In this document: positions 1 through 13,200 of the stretch, piece by piece
Layout of the letters: every line of letters begins with the position of its first letter
How positions within the stretch are numbered: the first letter of the stretch is position 1
Made by a program: the position numbers and the translations under genes
From: Vairimorpha necatrix
Lineage: Eukaryota
NCBI GenBank assembly: GCA_036630325.1
Contig: CP142727.1
Coordinates: forward strand, 434,001 to 498,000
Length of the DNA stretch: 64,000 nt
Direction of reading: 5' to 3'
The notes under the pieces: generated by a model
The model's database searches: none
Told to the model about the DNA's origin: nothing
The model's input: only the letters and a program-made list of their open reading frames with translations

Positions 1-118
1 GGAATATTTAAAAGTATAAATGAAGCTAAAATAATGCAGCAAAGTAAATTCAAATTTTCTCTTTTAAGTATGTATTTTGTAAACACATCAATCTTTTAAA
101 CATAAAGCATGTTTTTTC

Positions 119-2340
119 TCAACAATTGTTTGTATTTGATAAAAAATATACAATTTCTTCAATTAATCGAACTCCTAAACTTTCATTAATAAATTGCAAA
201 ATGTCCTTTTTTTCAAGAAATGTTATGATATTCTTTATTACAACAAAGTATTTTTCTTTAATAATTTCATTATCTTGAAATTCAGATGTAAATGCTTGAG
301 CTAAAACTATATGGAATTCTTTTTTTGCACACCTTTTTACGTTTTCTTTTATATTTAATTTTAGTTCTTGACAAAATCTAGATTTTTCTCTAATTTTATA
401 CTCATTTATTGTGTCTTTTTTGATTAGACTATTTGTTAAATGAGTCTGAAAAATATCTTCAATAATATTAATTCCCGCATATAATTGTTTTTCTTCAAAG
501 TCGATTCTTACATCATCATAAAATATATTTTTTATTTCTTTATTAGAAACTTCTGCTAACAATTTGGATATTTTGTCTTTCAGCGTCGTTTTTAGTAATA
601 TATTTATTATAGTTTCTGTCTCAATTTCTTTTCTTATTCTCTCTCTCTCATAGATCTCATCTTCAAAAATATTTTTTAATAACATGTTTTTAAGAATTTC
701 ATTGTTCCTTATAACTTCAGCACTATTAACCTCGATAGATTCGATAACGATTGATCTATCAACATTATCATTTTTAATATAGTATATACAAGTTACATTC
801 TCTATTTTCGAAAATAATGAAGTTACTTTACAAAAAAATTCTAAAACATCTTCTTTAAGAATCAAAAGTTCATCAATTTTTATATTTAATATAGCTTGAA
901 TAAGGCTTTCTGAGTTTATACCTTTACTATTAGATATTAATGTATATGATTCGTCGCCTTTCAGAGAAATAATATGCATTCCAAGCGTTTTTAAAAATTT
1001 AAATATTTTATCTTCTAACAAATGATTTTCATTTAAATACGTTTCTGCTTCTATTAGTATACAAATTTCGACTAAGTATATGATTGGACAATTAAAATAA
1101 ATTATTGTCATCTCTAAATAAAATGTTATGTAGTCAATTAAAGTTTTCATGTCATTCACGTTTAGTGTTTCTGTTCCTATTATTTTATTCAAATTTCTTT
1201 CGTTTATTACATCAGCAAAAAAAAGCAGATGTGCAAATATCAAATTCATAGCCGATCCTGTGTTATAAAGTATTCTATTTACGATAAATCTTATCTTTTT
1301 GTGGTTCTTTAATAATCCAAAAAAGAATTCTATACCTTTTTCCTTGTCCATGTTTTCAATAAAGAAATATTTTCCAGGATTTTTCGAAATTCATCAAAGC
1401 ATTCTTTGTTTATTATTTTTTTTTCGTCGTTGCAATTTTTATCTTTTCTTATTATATATTTGTATTCTTTATTATTCTCTTTAAAAATTATATATTCGTA
1501 TCGAATCTCAATTTTACAAGCAAAAGTTTTCATTACAATCTTTGTAGACTCGCAAATTATAACGTTTTCAGGAAGTGGCTTTTTTACTTTTTCATATTCG
1601 AAACCCATACTTAAGACAATTAAAGAATTGAGCAGTACTTCTTCTAAATTTTCTTTATTAATGAAATTTATTTTAATTAAAGGGTAAAATTCTTCTGCGT
1701 TTAACTCGAAGAAGAAACAGTAATTGTGAACATCAATTCTAAATCTAATAATTCTTTTATTATCATATTCTCGCAATACGCAATCAATAGTAGAAGCAGG
1801 AAATATGAACTCAGAATCTATGTCATAGAAAGGCGGTTTAATATAATTTATCATCTGGTTTATATGGCTAGCCTTTTCACTTATACTGCTGAAATAAATT
1901 TCCCAGGCTTTCTTGGCCTTTCTTCGTTGTTCATTTATCTTTGTTATATTTTCGATTACCGATTTAAAAAATTCGTAAAATTTTAGATCTAACGAGTCGT
2001 ACAACAAAATTATAGAATTATCATATGTTAATCCTATAATGCTTCTTAAATTTTCTTCAATTTCAACCGTAATATCATCCACAGATCTATTTTTATAATT
2101 AATTTCAAACTGTATTTTTTTTTAAAAAATATTTGTGCATGGTTCCATTTCAACTACACATTTTAGAAAAGTACTACCTTTAATATTATGCATGTATACC
2201 TTAAAATATCGTTTAAAAGGATAGAATTCATCATAATCTTTAAGTTTTATTTTGTTTGTTACAACTTCAAAGAATCTATCGTATAACTTTATATCAGCAT
2301 TTACAAATTTGAAAGCAGTTAATAATTTAAGGAAATTCAT
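119..2340 (-). pseudogene. Disrupted ~740-codon lineage-specific gene, possibly secreted
   Basis: ATG 2340 is preceded by CCC and begins a hydrophobic N-terminus (MNFLKLLTAFKFVNA). ORFs 2340-2122 and 2082-1330 are in the same frame, separated by one TAA at 2124-2122. ORF 1351-119 follows after a frameshift between ~1352 and 1395. No recognisable domain. Confidence 0.6.
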
Positions 2341-2749
2341 GGGTCTGTTTATTTAATACGAATTTATAACAATAAAAAGCAATATATTGGTGGAATAGCA
2401 ACGATGATTTGCAATTTTATGTTGCTAATTTAATAACAAGCAATACACGGTATGTTTTGTTTAGTATTTTGTGATGAAAAATAGAAATTTCTTCTTTAAT
2501 TTATTTTATAAATTTTGATTAAAAATAAATTATTTCTAGAAATATGCTGTATTTTGAAAACGTAACATATTACTTATGTGTACTGAATCAACAAATTAGT
2601 GAATTTACTTTAGTAAATTTTAAAAATCGTTTATGGCATAAAGTAATTTATTGAATATATATTAAAACCCCTAAAATCTTACGAATGTAATCAAACAATG
2701 TATATAGAATTTAATAATTGATAAACATATATGCCATATTTATATTTTT

Positions 2750-2830
2750 GGCTAAATGCACTTTAGTCCCCCCTTACCAAAATAAATACAGAAATTTTTA
2801 TTTTTAGCCCAGATTTTTGAAAATCAAACG
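2750..2830 (+). mobile_element. Isolated TIR-like end of the MITE family at 56.8-57.6 kb and 63.6 kb
   Basis: GGCTAAATGCACTTTAGTCCCCCCTTACCAAAA...ATTTTTAGCCCAG resembles 63588 GGCTAATTTTCACTTTGACACCCCCTACCAATA...ATTTTTAGCCCTG. Confidence 0.5.
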
Positions 2831-2881
2831 AAAAAAACGAGAAGTAGGAAAAAAATATCGAAATTAAATATGTTAAACATA

Positions 2882-3320
2882 TATGACCTTCTTGCGAATG
2901 AACTGGGACTAATACATAAATCACGGACATATATAGTTCCTTATGTAATGACATTAGATGGAGTGGTGACCAAATATCACAGAAAGTACATCAAGGAGCT
3001 AGAAATCTAGCCATATCTGCTGCATACATCCAGTATATTGTGATGAAGAAGACTCTAGAGTCCATCTCTTTAGAACGACGACGTGGATACGATCAGGAGG
3101 ATACAGGAGAAGAAGAAGTGGCTAGAGCTGTAAGCGCGCTAGCATATATGGCGACTGTTAAAGAAGTAATGTCGGCAAAGGAGAATGAAGCTGAAAAGGT
3201 GAAGTTGGAAATTATTTATAATTCAACAGAAACTAAAGTCTGTGAAGAGTTGAATCCCATGAGCGATACCGGTGAAAGATATGCTATGAAAATCTGAGCT
3301 TAATGATAAATTAACTCAAT
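2882..3320 (+). mobile_element. 3' remnant of an RLE-type (R2/R4/NeSL-like) non-LTR retrotransposon
   Basis: Translates from 2882 as YDLLANELGLIHKSRTYIVPYVMTLDGVVTKYHRKYIKELEI* and, after a frameshift, AYIQYIVMKKTLESISLERRRG. This is typical of the C-terminus of the restriction-like endonuclease domain. Confidence 0.75.
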
Positions 3321-3797
3321 AAATCTTTTAAATGTATTAATAATTGAATGATATAACATTAAACCTATAAAATATAAAAAGAACAAAAATGAGGTATGAA
3401 GTGATCATAACTATAAAAAGATCAAATTGCGTGGTGTCTAATAAAACATTGTTTTTATGTATATAATTATTAACATTGACTTCGTTTTATTCTTAAATAT
3501 AATTGTTTCTGAAAAAAATTCAAGTTAAGAAGAAAATATAACTAATTGAGACCATGCAGGGCTTTAATGGAATGGATAAATCAGTAAAAAATTATAATTA
3601 AGAACATAATAAAACAAACATTATTGAAACAAAACATAGTCATTCTTTAGGATTTACAATAAAAGACAAGAACATTGATTGAATAAAAATAACTAATACC
3701 TCTAAAAGTATAAAAATATAGACTCAAACAATGTTTAACAAAAAAAAGTCATTTATATTAATAAAACTTAATATATTGATTTTAAGAGATAAAAAAC

Positions 3798-3900
3798 TAA
3801 AATTTTTCTTTGGACTTTTTTAGTTATCAGAAAAGGAAATATAAAAAATCAAAATTATTTATTGGACTTTTTTAGTTATAAAAAAAGGAAATATGAAAAA
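3798..3900. repeat. Imperfect tandem duplication, ~52-bp period
   Basis: TTGGACTTTTTTAGTTAT(C/A)A(G/A)AAAAGGAAATAT(A/G)AAAAA occurs at ~3810 and ~3862. Confidence 0.7.
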
Positions 3901-4856
3901 TTTTGAAATTTATTAATATCTTGTGTCGTTTATAAAATTATATTATCTAATATAAGTGGTCTAAATGTGTTATATAGATGGCACTTACGGATCAAAAGTA
4001 TTTAATTGAGAATATTTTAGTAGATTGTTAAAAGCATTGGAGTATTTGTTTTTATTCACTCTTACCACACTCTTAAAATTTCAGCAAGATAATTTTATAA
4101 TGATTAAACAAGACCATAAGAACATTAAAAACAATGATATTTCATCTACAGAAAAACGGGATTCATTGAGCGGAATTGTATACGAACAAGGTATTAAAAC
4201 GAATAAGTCAATTCTATATATATGTAGATTGTTTTTTCTAATTAACTATAAAAGAGAAACATATGTGCTATCAGCCCCGTTTATATGCTTAAAAATTTTG
4301 CCCGTTAATTTATTTTGTTATAATTGACTTCAATTTGTAATAAATTCTCACAACTCTCTATATTACAATACATAATTCAATATATTCTTTTTTTTTATAC
4401 TCAGTCAATATTTAATCTGTCATTAAAGCAATATATTTTGTGACTGAAAGCCAAATTAGAAATAAACTATCATGTAACTATTTATACTAAAAAATAAACA
4501 AATGGTTTTGTTTAAATATTTGAGTACAATAAACATCAAAAACACCTCCATAAAGTAATGTTACCTACAAATTAGACATAATATTACAATCGATAGAAGT
4601 TAGAAATTGTAAACCTTTTTCAGGAAATGATCCTAGGTCTTAGTATAAATATATGCAAACCCCATACTTATGATCCAAATATTTGTTGATATAATTACAC
4701 TAACTAATATAACTACTTATCATAAATTTAATACATTAAAGAAACAAATCTAGGAATAGTTGAACGATAATAAAAGTTAATATAATTAAGACAAAAAATA
4801 TTATTATAATTTTAAATTCGAATGTTGTGTTTGAATAAAATTATATAATAAATAGA

Positions 4857-5516
4857 CTATTTATTTATAAATGTTGATCTATTTTTCTTGAATAATAAAT
4901 CCCTAGCATAGTTAATTCCCCTTTCGTTACAAAAATTCTGAGTATCCATGTGGTTATGTGGAGTTATGACGTATTTATCGTGGTAATCGGGAATTGGTTG
5001 TCGGTAATTTTTACTGTCCCTTAGTAAATTTATACATTCAACACTGTAAATGGGTATCTTCTTATCAAAAGTTATATTACATGTTAAATATAAATATGAT
5101 AATGTTTCGTTGTCTTTTGAATACATTCCTGTTATATAATAATCTTTTGTATCATCCAAAGTAATACTTGTTTCGAGAAATATTTTGTTGTCTAAATAGT
5201 TTTTTCTGTGCGAACAAGAACCTCCTTCCTGTGAACTATATTCATTAAGCTCGTTCTTTATGAAGTGACTAAACCAGCTGTATTCAAAATAATGACATCT
5301 ATCGGGATTTGTTAATTTCCATTCTAAAATGTCCCTAACAAAGACTGTTTTTTTCTTTGGTACTTCGTTCAATATATAAACATAACTTCCTGTATCAGAT
5401 GCATTGTAATAAAGAGGAATAGTTATTATACATTCATTTTTCTTCTTAAGCGACAAAAGAAGCTGAATAGTTTCACAATAAATTTTCATCATAAAAAAAA
5501 TATATGAAAAAAGCAT
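4857..5516 (-). CDS. Hypothetical secreted protein (~219 aa)
   Basis: ATG 5516 is immediately preceded by CCC. Signal-peptide-like start MLFSYIFFMMKIYC. Open frame to 4857. Confidence 0.7.
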   Translation of the reverse strand: MLFSYIFFMMKIYCETIQLLLSLKKKNECIITIPLYYNASDTGSYVYILNEVPKKKTVFVRDILEWKLTNPDRCHYFEYSWFSHFIKNELNEYSSQEGGSCSHRKNYLDNKIFLETSITLDDTKDYYITGMYSKDNETLSYLYLTCNITFDKKIPIYSVECINLLRDSKNYRQPIPDYHDKYVITPHNHMDTQNFCNERGINYARDLLFKKNRSTFINK

Positions 5517-8474
5517 GGGTGACAAAAAATTATATATTTATATTTTTAATTTATAGAATAAGTTTGAATTATATAACGAGTTAAAATGTCTAAAAAAATG
5601 TTTGCAAAATTCTATATTTCCACTAACTATTTTTTTGATAGGTATGTTTAAAGTTGTCCTTATTTTTTAAAAATTTTGCAACCCCTGAAATTATTTGGAC
5701 GAAGAAAACTATTAAATAACGTAGCTATGAATCATAAAATAATTTTAGCTCTTAAAACATGTCTTGTATCATTAAGATTAAACTATTTTTATAATAGTAT
5801 TCATAATAACTTTTTACAAATTTATAAATTAATAGATGAGTTCTTTCTTTTATATTTTATACCTTTAAAGACAAACTTCTTTTTATGTTTTATTTTAATT
5901 GAAAAACTTTAGAGCAATTTTATCAATGGTTAAAGCTTTTACTTTTATGAACTTAGTGCTATAGTATATTTTTGAAGGTTATTGGCGCATTGGGTCACCA
6001 TTAATAACTATTTGACAGATGATATTTATGACATTTGTTAATATGATGTAGTCCTTGACATCCTAATTTTAACTAAAGAATGAAAATTGGTTGTAATTAG
6101 TAAATTGTTGGTAGTATAATTTTAAGGCTTAGTCCTTCCTAGTTTTGCGTTTATTAATGTTAATTAAAGTTTAAATAATAATTTATAAGTATAAATATAT
6201 TTTTTCTCTGTTATAATTTAAGCTTATACACGAGTTTAATTGAAAATTTTAGTTTTGAATTTTCATGTAAAGCCTTGTTCAAACTTATAGTTCTCCTTCT
6301 GGATCACCTTTTGTATACACCCTCCGGGGGTCATTCAAAGTCCTTCGAGGGATTCTGGAAGTTCTTTACTATAATATGATTTAATAATAATTTAATTTTC
6401 AATCTATAAATGTCATTACTAATTGTAAACATGGCAAACAAGATCTATGGTAGAAAAAAAGAATCATGTTTCATAAAAATAAAATAAGTAGCCTGATGTT
6501 TCAAGTTTGACAATGAGGAATATAAATAGTAAGATAGAATGATCAAAACGATTAAAGTATATAATCGAGAATAAAATTGTGTCAATTTTTTCCACAATAT
6601 GAATAATTCCCGGGCAATAAAAGTTCCTCGTAACGACATATGTTGTATTAATGAAAAAATCTTAGGAAGCTATAGATCGATTCCGTATATGAAATATATT
6701 TTCGTATCTAATTATGCTTAAGAAGACTTTAAATTCGAAATTGACGGATCTAAGACGAAAAAAACGATGGAGTGGAAGCTTGAGAGGAATATTTGTCTTA
6801 TGTTGTAAATTCACTGTCTGAGTGACACTATGACAAGGTCTATGTGCATGTGTAGATAACCCATTAAAAAAAGCTCAAGAAACATTTTTAATCAGTAATT
6901 AATAAATGTAAAGAGGATGTTCTATATATTATCCGAGAATATCTTTACAAGTATATGTCTCAGAATAACTTAAAGGATTTATTAGATACTATCGATCATA
7001 ATCTTAACTCTAAAGGGTTGGTTCTTAATACTATTGTTAATATGAAAACTTGGGTTTATTTATTAAAAAATATACAAGGAGGATATGTCAATTATATCGA
7101 TTGAACATTGACATATGACATGTGTTACAATTCTTCAAATAATAAATTCTATATGTGTCATATACGAAAAATCTTCAATTCTATAGATTTATAATACGCG
7201 TATATGTACTGCCAGATAGCATCGGCGTATGGAGAATATTTTTGTTGTAGAGTTTGTCTTAAAACAGAATTGGTAGACTTTTTGAACACATCGTTTTTTA
7301 ATTAATTTTTTATTCATTATTAACTACTTTTTAATTAATTTGCTTATAATTTTTAGTAAAAATTTTCTAAATGCTCCATTTGGATAAAATAAAAAGAGAA
7401 CGAAAATAATAAAAATATGTGTAAAATGCATATACAACCCATAATCATTTGTATTCCAAAAATCTCTTTTGTCTTCCATCAAATTATAAAATTTTTTGTC
7501 TTGTGATTTATGATGGTCAGCTTAGCTTTATGGCATGACGATCATATTTTGGATTACATATAAATAATAATTTACATTCTTGTTCTTAAACTATATATAT
7601 CATATTATTTCTCTTTCTGCGATTTATTAATGAAATTCCTTATCTTGCACTTATGACTTTAGATTACATTTTTCACGGTCAAATTTAGTATTAGTATTGG
7701 TATCTTCATTAAAAATAAAATTTTGACAAAACCTCTTAGTTATTTAATTGTATAGATTTATGTTTGGTCAAATAATTATTATTTAAATAGATACGAAACG
7801 TAATTCGCATCAAAAGTATTGTTTGTAATGTAGATAAATCTATTTTCTCTTCATTGGATGATATGACAGGCTTATTTGTTGTTTATTAATTATTTAAACG
7901 CAAACGTGGAATCGTAAACAATCAACACACAGCACAATGCTCAAAGCATTACAACAGAAGTCGAAATTTATCTATTCATCTGTTTAAAACTTACTTCAAT
8001 TTACATTCTTACGGCATATTAAAATATTGATTGTAAATAAGTCTTTTACGCACGTATATTAGAAAAAGAAGCATTTTTAAATCGTGCTTAGATGTAAAAA
8101 TATTATATAAAAAATTCTCATGCTACAAAATTCTGTGAATTTTAAGATTAGATGAGGCTTTGATGATATCGCATCCATAGCTAATATTGCCGGGTTTGAA
8201 ATCATTTATTTTTTTAAATTTCTCAAAGAATGTCAAAAAAAATCTCAAATTTATTGAGAAGGACCATAATTAAAAATTATATATTTTTAACAAAAAAAAT
8301 TTCTTCAAAATTCTCATTATTTAATATGAATAAAAAAATTAAAATTCGAATCAAAACTATGAACTTCAAGTTTTAAATCCTAGAATGTAATAAATATTTT
8401 GATAGATCAAAAAATCATTGTTTATACACAAAATATATTCTCAGAAAAAAAATAAATAATTTTTATTAACCCCT

Positions 8475-9257
8475 ATGATTCTACTAAATTATTTTTCATT
8501 TTATATTTATAATGTGTTTTGTTCCGAACTATTAAATAATAAAAATTCTAACGACCTTGATCACAAAAATAATCCTATGCAAAGTTAACATACAAAAGAT
8601 ACAAATGAATGTGCGGAATTTGTTTTAGTAACTTTTGAATATGATGATACAAATCTTGACGATAAAAATAAAAAATTACAATTAGAAATTGTCAACAGAT
8701 TTCAAGGTCTTTGCTTTCACACCACAGAAAAGTTATATAAAAATGATAATTTTATTTTGAAAGGTGTTTATTATGGAATTGGCGACATTATGGTTTCAAA
8801 AAATGTGGCTAAACTAATTTTTGATGGCATTAAAATGGGCATTTCAAATATTGACATGTCTAATATCAATTTTTTCAAATATAAAATATCTAATGATGAA
8901 AATTTAAGATTTGAAGTCACAGAAACATTGATGTATCGAAAAAATATTGCTTTAGGCTTACATGCTTTGAATCTGTTTACTGATTTTCTTTTTGATGGAA
9001 TAAAGCCTAAAGTAGATTGTCATGAAATATTTAGTATAATAGCAAACGTTTTTTATGCAGCGTTAAAATGTCATACACTTATTTTTGAGTTTTATATAGA
9101 AGAAATGCAACTAAATAATTTTCAAATAATTAACTTTTATAACGATAAAGTTCATTTTGAATGTGAACTTAATACGTTACAGAAAAATTTTTGCACCGAT
9201 TATATCCGTATGATAACTACTGGACAAAGTAAGAGTATCAAATATTTTTTTAATTAA
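8475..9257 (+). pseudogene. Secreted-type hypothetical gene (260 codons) with one in-frame stop
   Basis: CCCCT-ATG at 8475 begins MILLNYFSFYIYNVFCS. A single TAA lies at 8586-8588, and the same frame continues into the listed 8757-9257 ORF. Confidence 0.7.
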
Positions 9258-10193
9258 TAACAAAAAAAATATTTTCTATTTTTCTAATATATTAAAAAAA
9301 TTAAATTTACATTTTAATGTTTATCAGGTTCTAGGCATGAGTAATAAATTAGTTCAAAATACCTAAAATCTAGTCTTGTTTGCATCTTATCTCCATCTTT
9401 TCTATGTTTGATACTTTATTTGTTTTTTTAATATCAAATCTTACTTATAAAAATTTCAATTTCTTTATGCTCCTAAAAACAAAAAAAAACATAATATGTT
9501 ATAATAATAAACTTATAAAGGGTTAAAGGCAAATCGTTGGTGTATATCTTAAAAATCTAGAGCGCGTTTTTTTGTTTACATTAAAAATAAATATATAATA
9601 GTAATATCGTCTTCTAAATTATTTTTTAGAATATTTTTTTTAAAATTTATATAAATAAACACGCAAATCTGGTTTAAAATAAAAGCAAGTTTTTTTTCTT
9701 ATATATGAAAATATTCAGCTTGTAACTTAGTAAAGTATATATAAAATTTTTTATAAATGGAGTAAGGAAATTTGAAAAACTCGAAAGCAAATCTTTTATT
9801 AAGTCTTTTAGAATTTGAATAAATAGAGCAACCATTTAAGTCGATAAAAAACAAAATTTAAGATGATTGTAATTCAATATTTACGTGTTAAAAAATTATA
9901 TTTTTGGTTCAGCAAAATTTAATTAATTAAATTTTTTTTTCGTGTTGTAAATAAATGATCTAGTTAAAGAATTATTAGGTTTATTTTAATTGATATTGAC
10001 TTCAGAACAATGTTAATTCGTACTAATATTCACCATTTGGTATTATAATATCTTCTTATAGTAATTTGTCAGCAAATTTTGAGCTATCATTGAAAATATA
10101 TTTTAAACTGTAAAATCTATCAGTACTTAACCACATTTTTGACTGTAAAGACAAAAAAAAATAGTTACTTAAATTGATTAAGTTAATATAATA

Positions 10194-10231
10194 TGTTAAC
10201 CATTTATTTATTAAGGGTTCTAAACCCTACA
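10194..10231 (-). repeat. 3' LTR of element 1 (38 bp)
   Basis: TG...CA ends, adjacent to the PPT. Contains the polyprotein stop codon (TAG, 10222-10220). Confidence 0.95.
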
Positions 10232-13200
10232 TCCCCCCTCCAGACGGGTAGTCTCTCCATCTTCTAAACAACTCTTCCTTATCTCTTTCAAATCATAATG
10301 CCTCTTTTTAACAATTTTACCATCCAGTAGTCTCACAATATATGAATCATTTTCACTTATAGCTACGATCCTTCCGCGACCCGTGAATCTTCCCTTGTCT
10401 GTTTTCGCACGTGTACCTAAATTTTCTCTCCTAGCGATTCTTACCTCTTGGCCTACTGTAAATGTCTCTCTGTGTCTTCTCTTGAACCGACCAGCATATT
10501 TTCCATTTTCATCATTTTCAATTATAACTTCAGCAGTTTGATCTCTCCACGCTTCCATCGGCGTACATTTTATTGCTGTATGTAGTGTATTATTATATCC
10601 TTTGATTGCTCTTTCTATCTTTTCAGAAATATTCCCATCATTTTGCTTTATCAATGTCTCTCTTATAGTTCTGATGCATCTCTCGATTCTACCATTACTC
10701 CTATGAGCTTCTAAGCCCACTTTCCTATGTTTAATATCATTAATACTACACCATTCTTTAAATCTATTACTTACAAACTCTTTTCCGTTGTCTGTCACAT
10801 ATTCCTCTGGAAAACCATCTTCCCTTATCCACTTTTGTAATACCTCTATAACTTCACTACTCTCTTTACATCTCAAATTCGAACCCCACAACCTTCTAGT
10901 AAAGTAATCAATACCCAGTAACACATACATATTCTCTCCACCTATGTCCATTAAATCCAACGCCACTTTCTCCAATTTCTTTCTAGTTACTACAAAATCA
11001 CATCCTCCTGTGTTTTTCCTATTGTTAATCCCACATATTTTTCAATTCTTAATTACCTTATTAATATGATCTTTCATACCAGGCCAATACCATCTTTGTT
11101 TAATGTTATAATAAGTGCCTTTGACACCTCTATGGTTTAACTCCTCATGTACTCTTGTTATTTCATGTTCTCTACTATCTAGGCTCAATATCTCTTTCAC
11201 CTCACCTGTGGAAAATTCCCAATACTGTTTACCGTCCTTTTCTTTAATATGTTTCTGCTTTTTTCCCAAAATTTGTTTTTCGATCACTTCTTTTCTCTTG
11301 TTGTCCTTTTCTTTTTGTTCATCCGAAACTTCTACCTGATCATACTGCCTGCTTAACGCATCTGCATCTGTCATCAACTCCCCTTTCACATACTCTATTG
11401 TAAAGTCAAACTCTTGTATCTGTTCTACCCATCTGTTTATTCTGTTATTATTGAAGTATGGCTTATTTCTGATCTCTGCTAATGCTTTATGATCCGTCAT
11501 CAAATGAAATTTCCTTCCTCTCAAATCACTTTCAAACTTCTTTATTCCAAAAAACACCGCCAACATCTCCTTCTCACTTATCGTATATCTTCGCTCGGTA
11601 GGAGTCAACATTTTCGATGCCCATTGTATCGGAATCCACTCACCCTCTTTATTTTCTTGTAATAGAATTGCTCCGATCCCCGTATCACACGCATCAGTTC
11701 TTACTCTAAATAGCTTTTTTCCGTCCGGAATCTTCAACTTTTTCATATCTCTCAAGCCTTGCTTCATATCCTCAAAGGCTCTTTCCATATCCTCCGTCCA
11801 ATTCCACTTAACATCTTTCTTTAAAGCCTCAGTAAGCCTTACTGTTCTATACGCATAGTTGGGAATAAAGTCTCTAAACCAACCAGTTAGTCCTAAAAAT
11901 CTTCTTAACTCTCTAACATTCTCAGGTTTTCTATATTCCAATGTCTCCTGCTTTTTAATCTCATTCGGTCCCATGACCTCCCCATTAATTGTTACTCCCA
12001 GCAACATCACCTCATCTTTTTTGTATTGTATCTTTGTTTGGTTTATTCTCAACCCACACTCTTTAAACTTTTTAATTACCCTCTCTAGTAACTCGTCATG
12101 CACTCTTACGTCTTTACCATGAATAACTATATCATCCATATATACTTCCACGCCTTTACCTCTGAATTCATCTAAAACTCTGTTCATTACTCTCTGCATT
12201 ATATGAGGCGAATTCTTAAACCCCATAACCATACTATTCCATTCGTATACTCGACCATTCACTTCAAATGCTGTTTTGTGCTTATGGTGCTCCTCAATCT
12301 CAATATGATAAAACCCTTCTTTTAAGTCGATAACCGTAAATACTTTTGACCCCTGTGTGGCTCTCATAATATCCTTAATTAACGGTAGTGAGTACGGGTC
12401 CTTGTCAACCAAATCGTTTAACGCCATCAAATTGCTTACCAATCTTACGTCCCCATTTGGTTTTTCAAGTGCTCTTATTGGACTCCTCCACTCACTTTTG
12501 GAACGTCTTATAACCCCTCTATTTTCCAACTTATTCAAGTACTCCTCAAATTTCACCCTAAGGTAGTATGGCACATTCTGCCCTCTTTTCACAACCTTTT
12601 CACCTTGCTTAGTATTTATTGGACACTTCTCTCCTGTGAGATATTTTATCTTTTCTTCTGATTCTTTAAAAACTTCCGGATACTTTTCAATTAAATTTTC
12701 TAACTTATTTACTGTTTTACATCTTTTCCCTTCATTGTTGATAATTGGTTCTTTCTGTAAAACTTGTTCCTTTTTAATTTTATATTTTTCCCTACCAGCT
12801 ACACTTTCATGACATTCTCTAGCGTAATGCCCTTCTTTCTTACATATAAAACATTTTGTAGTTTCTCTGATTTCTCTTCTTTTCCTATACATCCTAAGAT
12901 TTTCTTTTCTTTCTTCCCTAAACTCTTTCAACACTTTATCCATAATCTCTTTAATCATTTCTTGTCTTTCTTTTGACTCTCTCTCAAATTCTGCTCCTTT
13001 TTGTAAGCCTTTATAAATTTCCTCCCAACTGCTCCTTCCGTCACAAAAATTTTCAAAAATATAATCCTGCAAGTTCGCAGATGCCAAATCCATAACATCT
13101 TTCCACTCAACTTTCTCAACTTTCAATATTAACTTTAGTCTCTTATCTATCCTAATTGCCTCTTTCTCTAATGTTCTAGCCTCTTGACTACGGGACTCTC

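Noticed and set aside
11670-11705. DTG in TDACDTGIGA as the missing protease active site
   Set aside because: It lies in the RNase H first catalytic motif. Elements 2 and 3 have TDASN.(G/E)MGA there.
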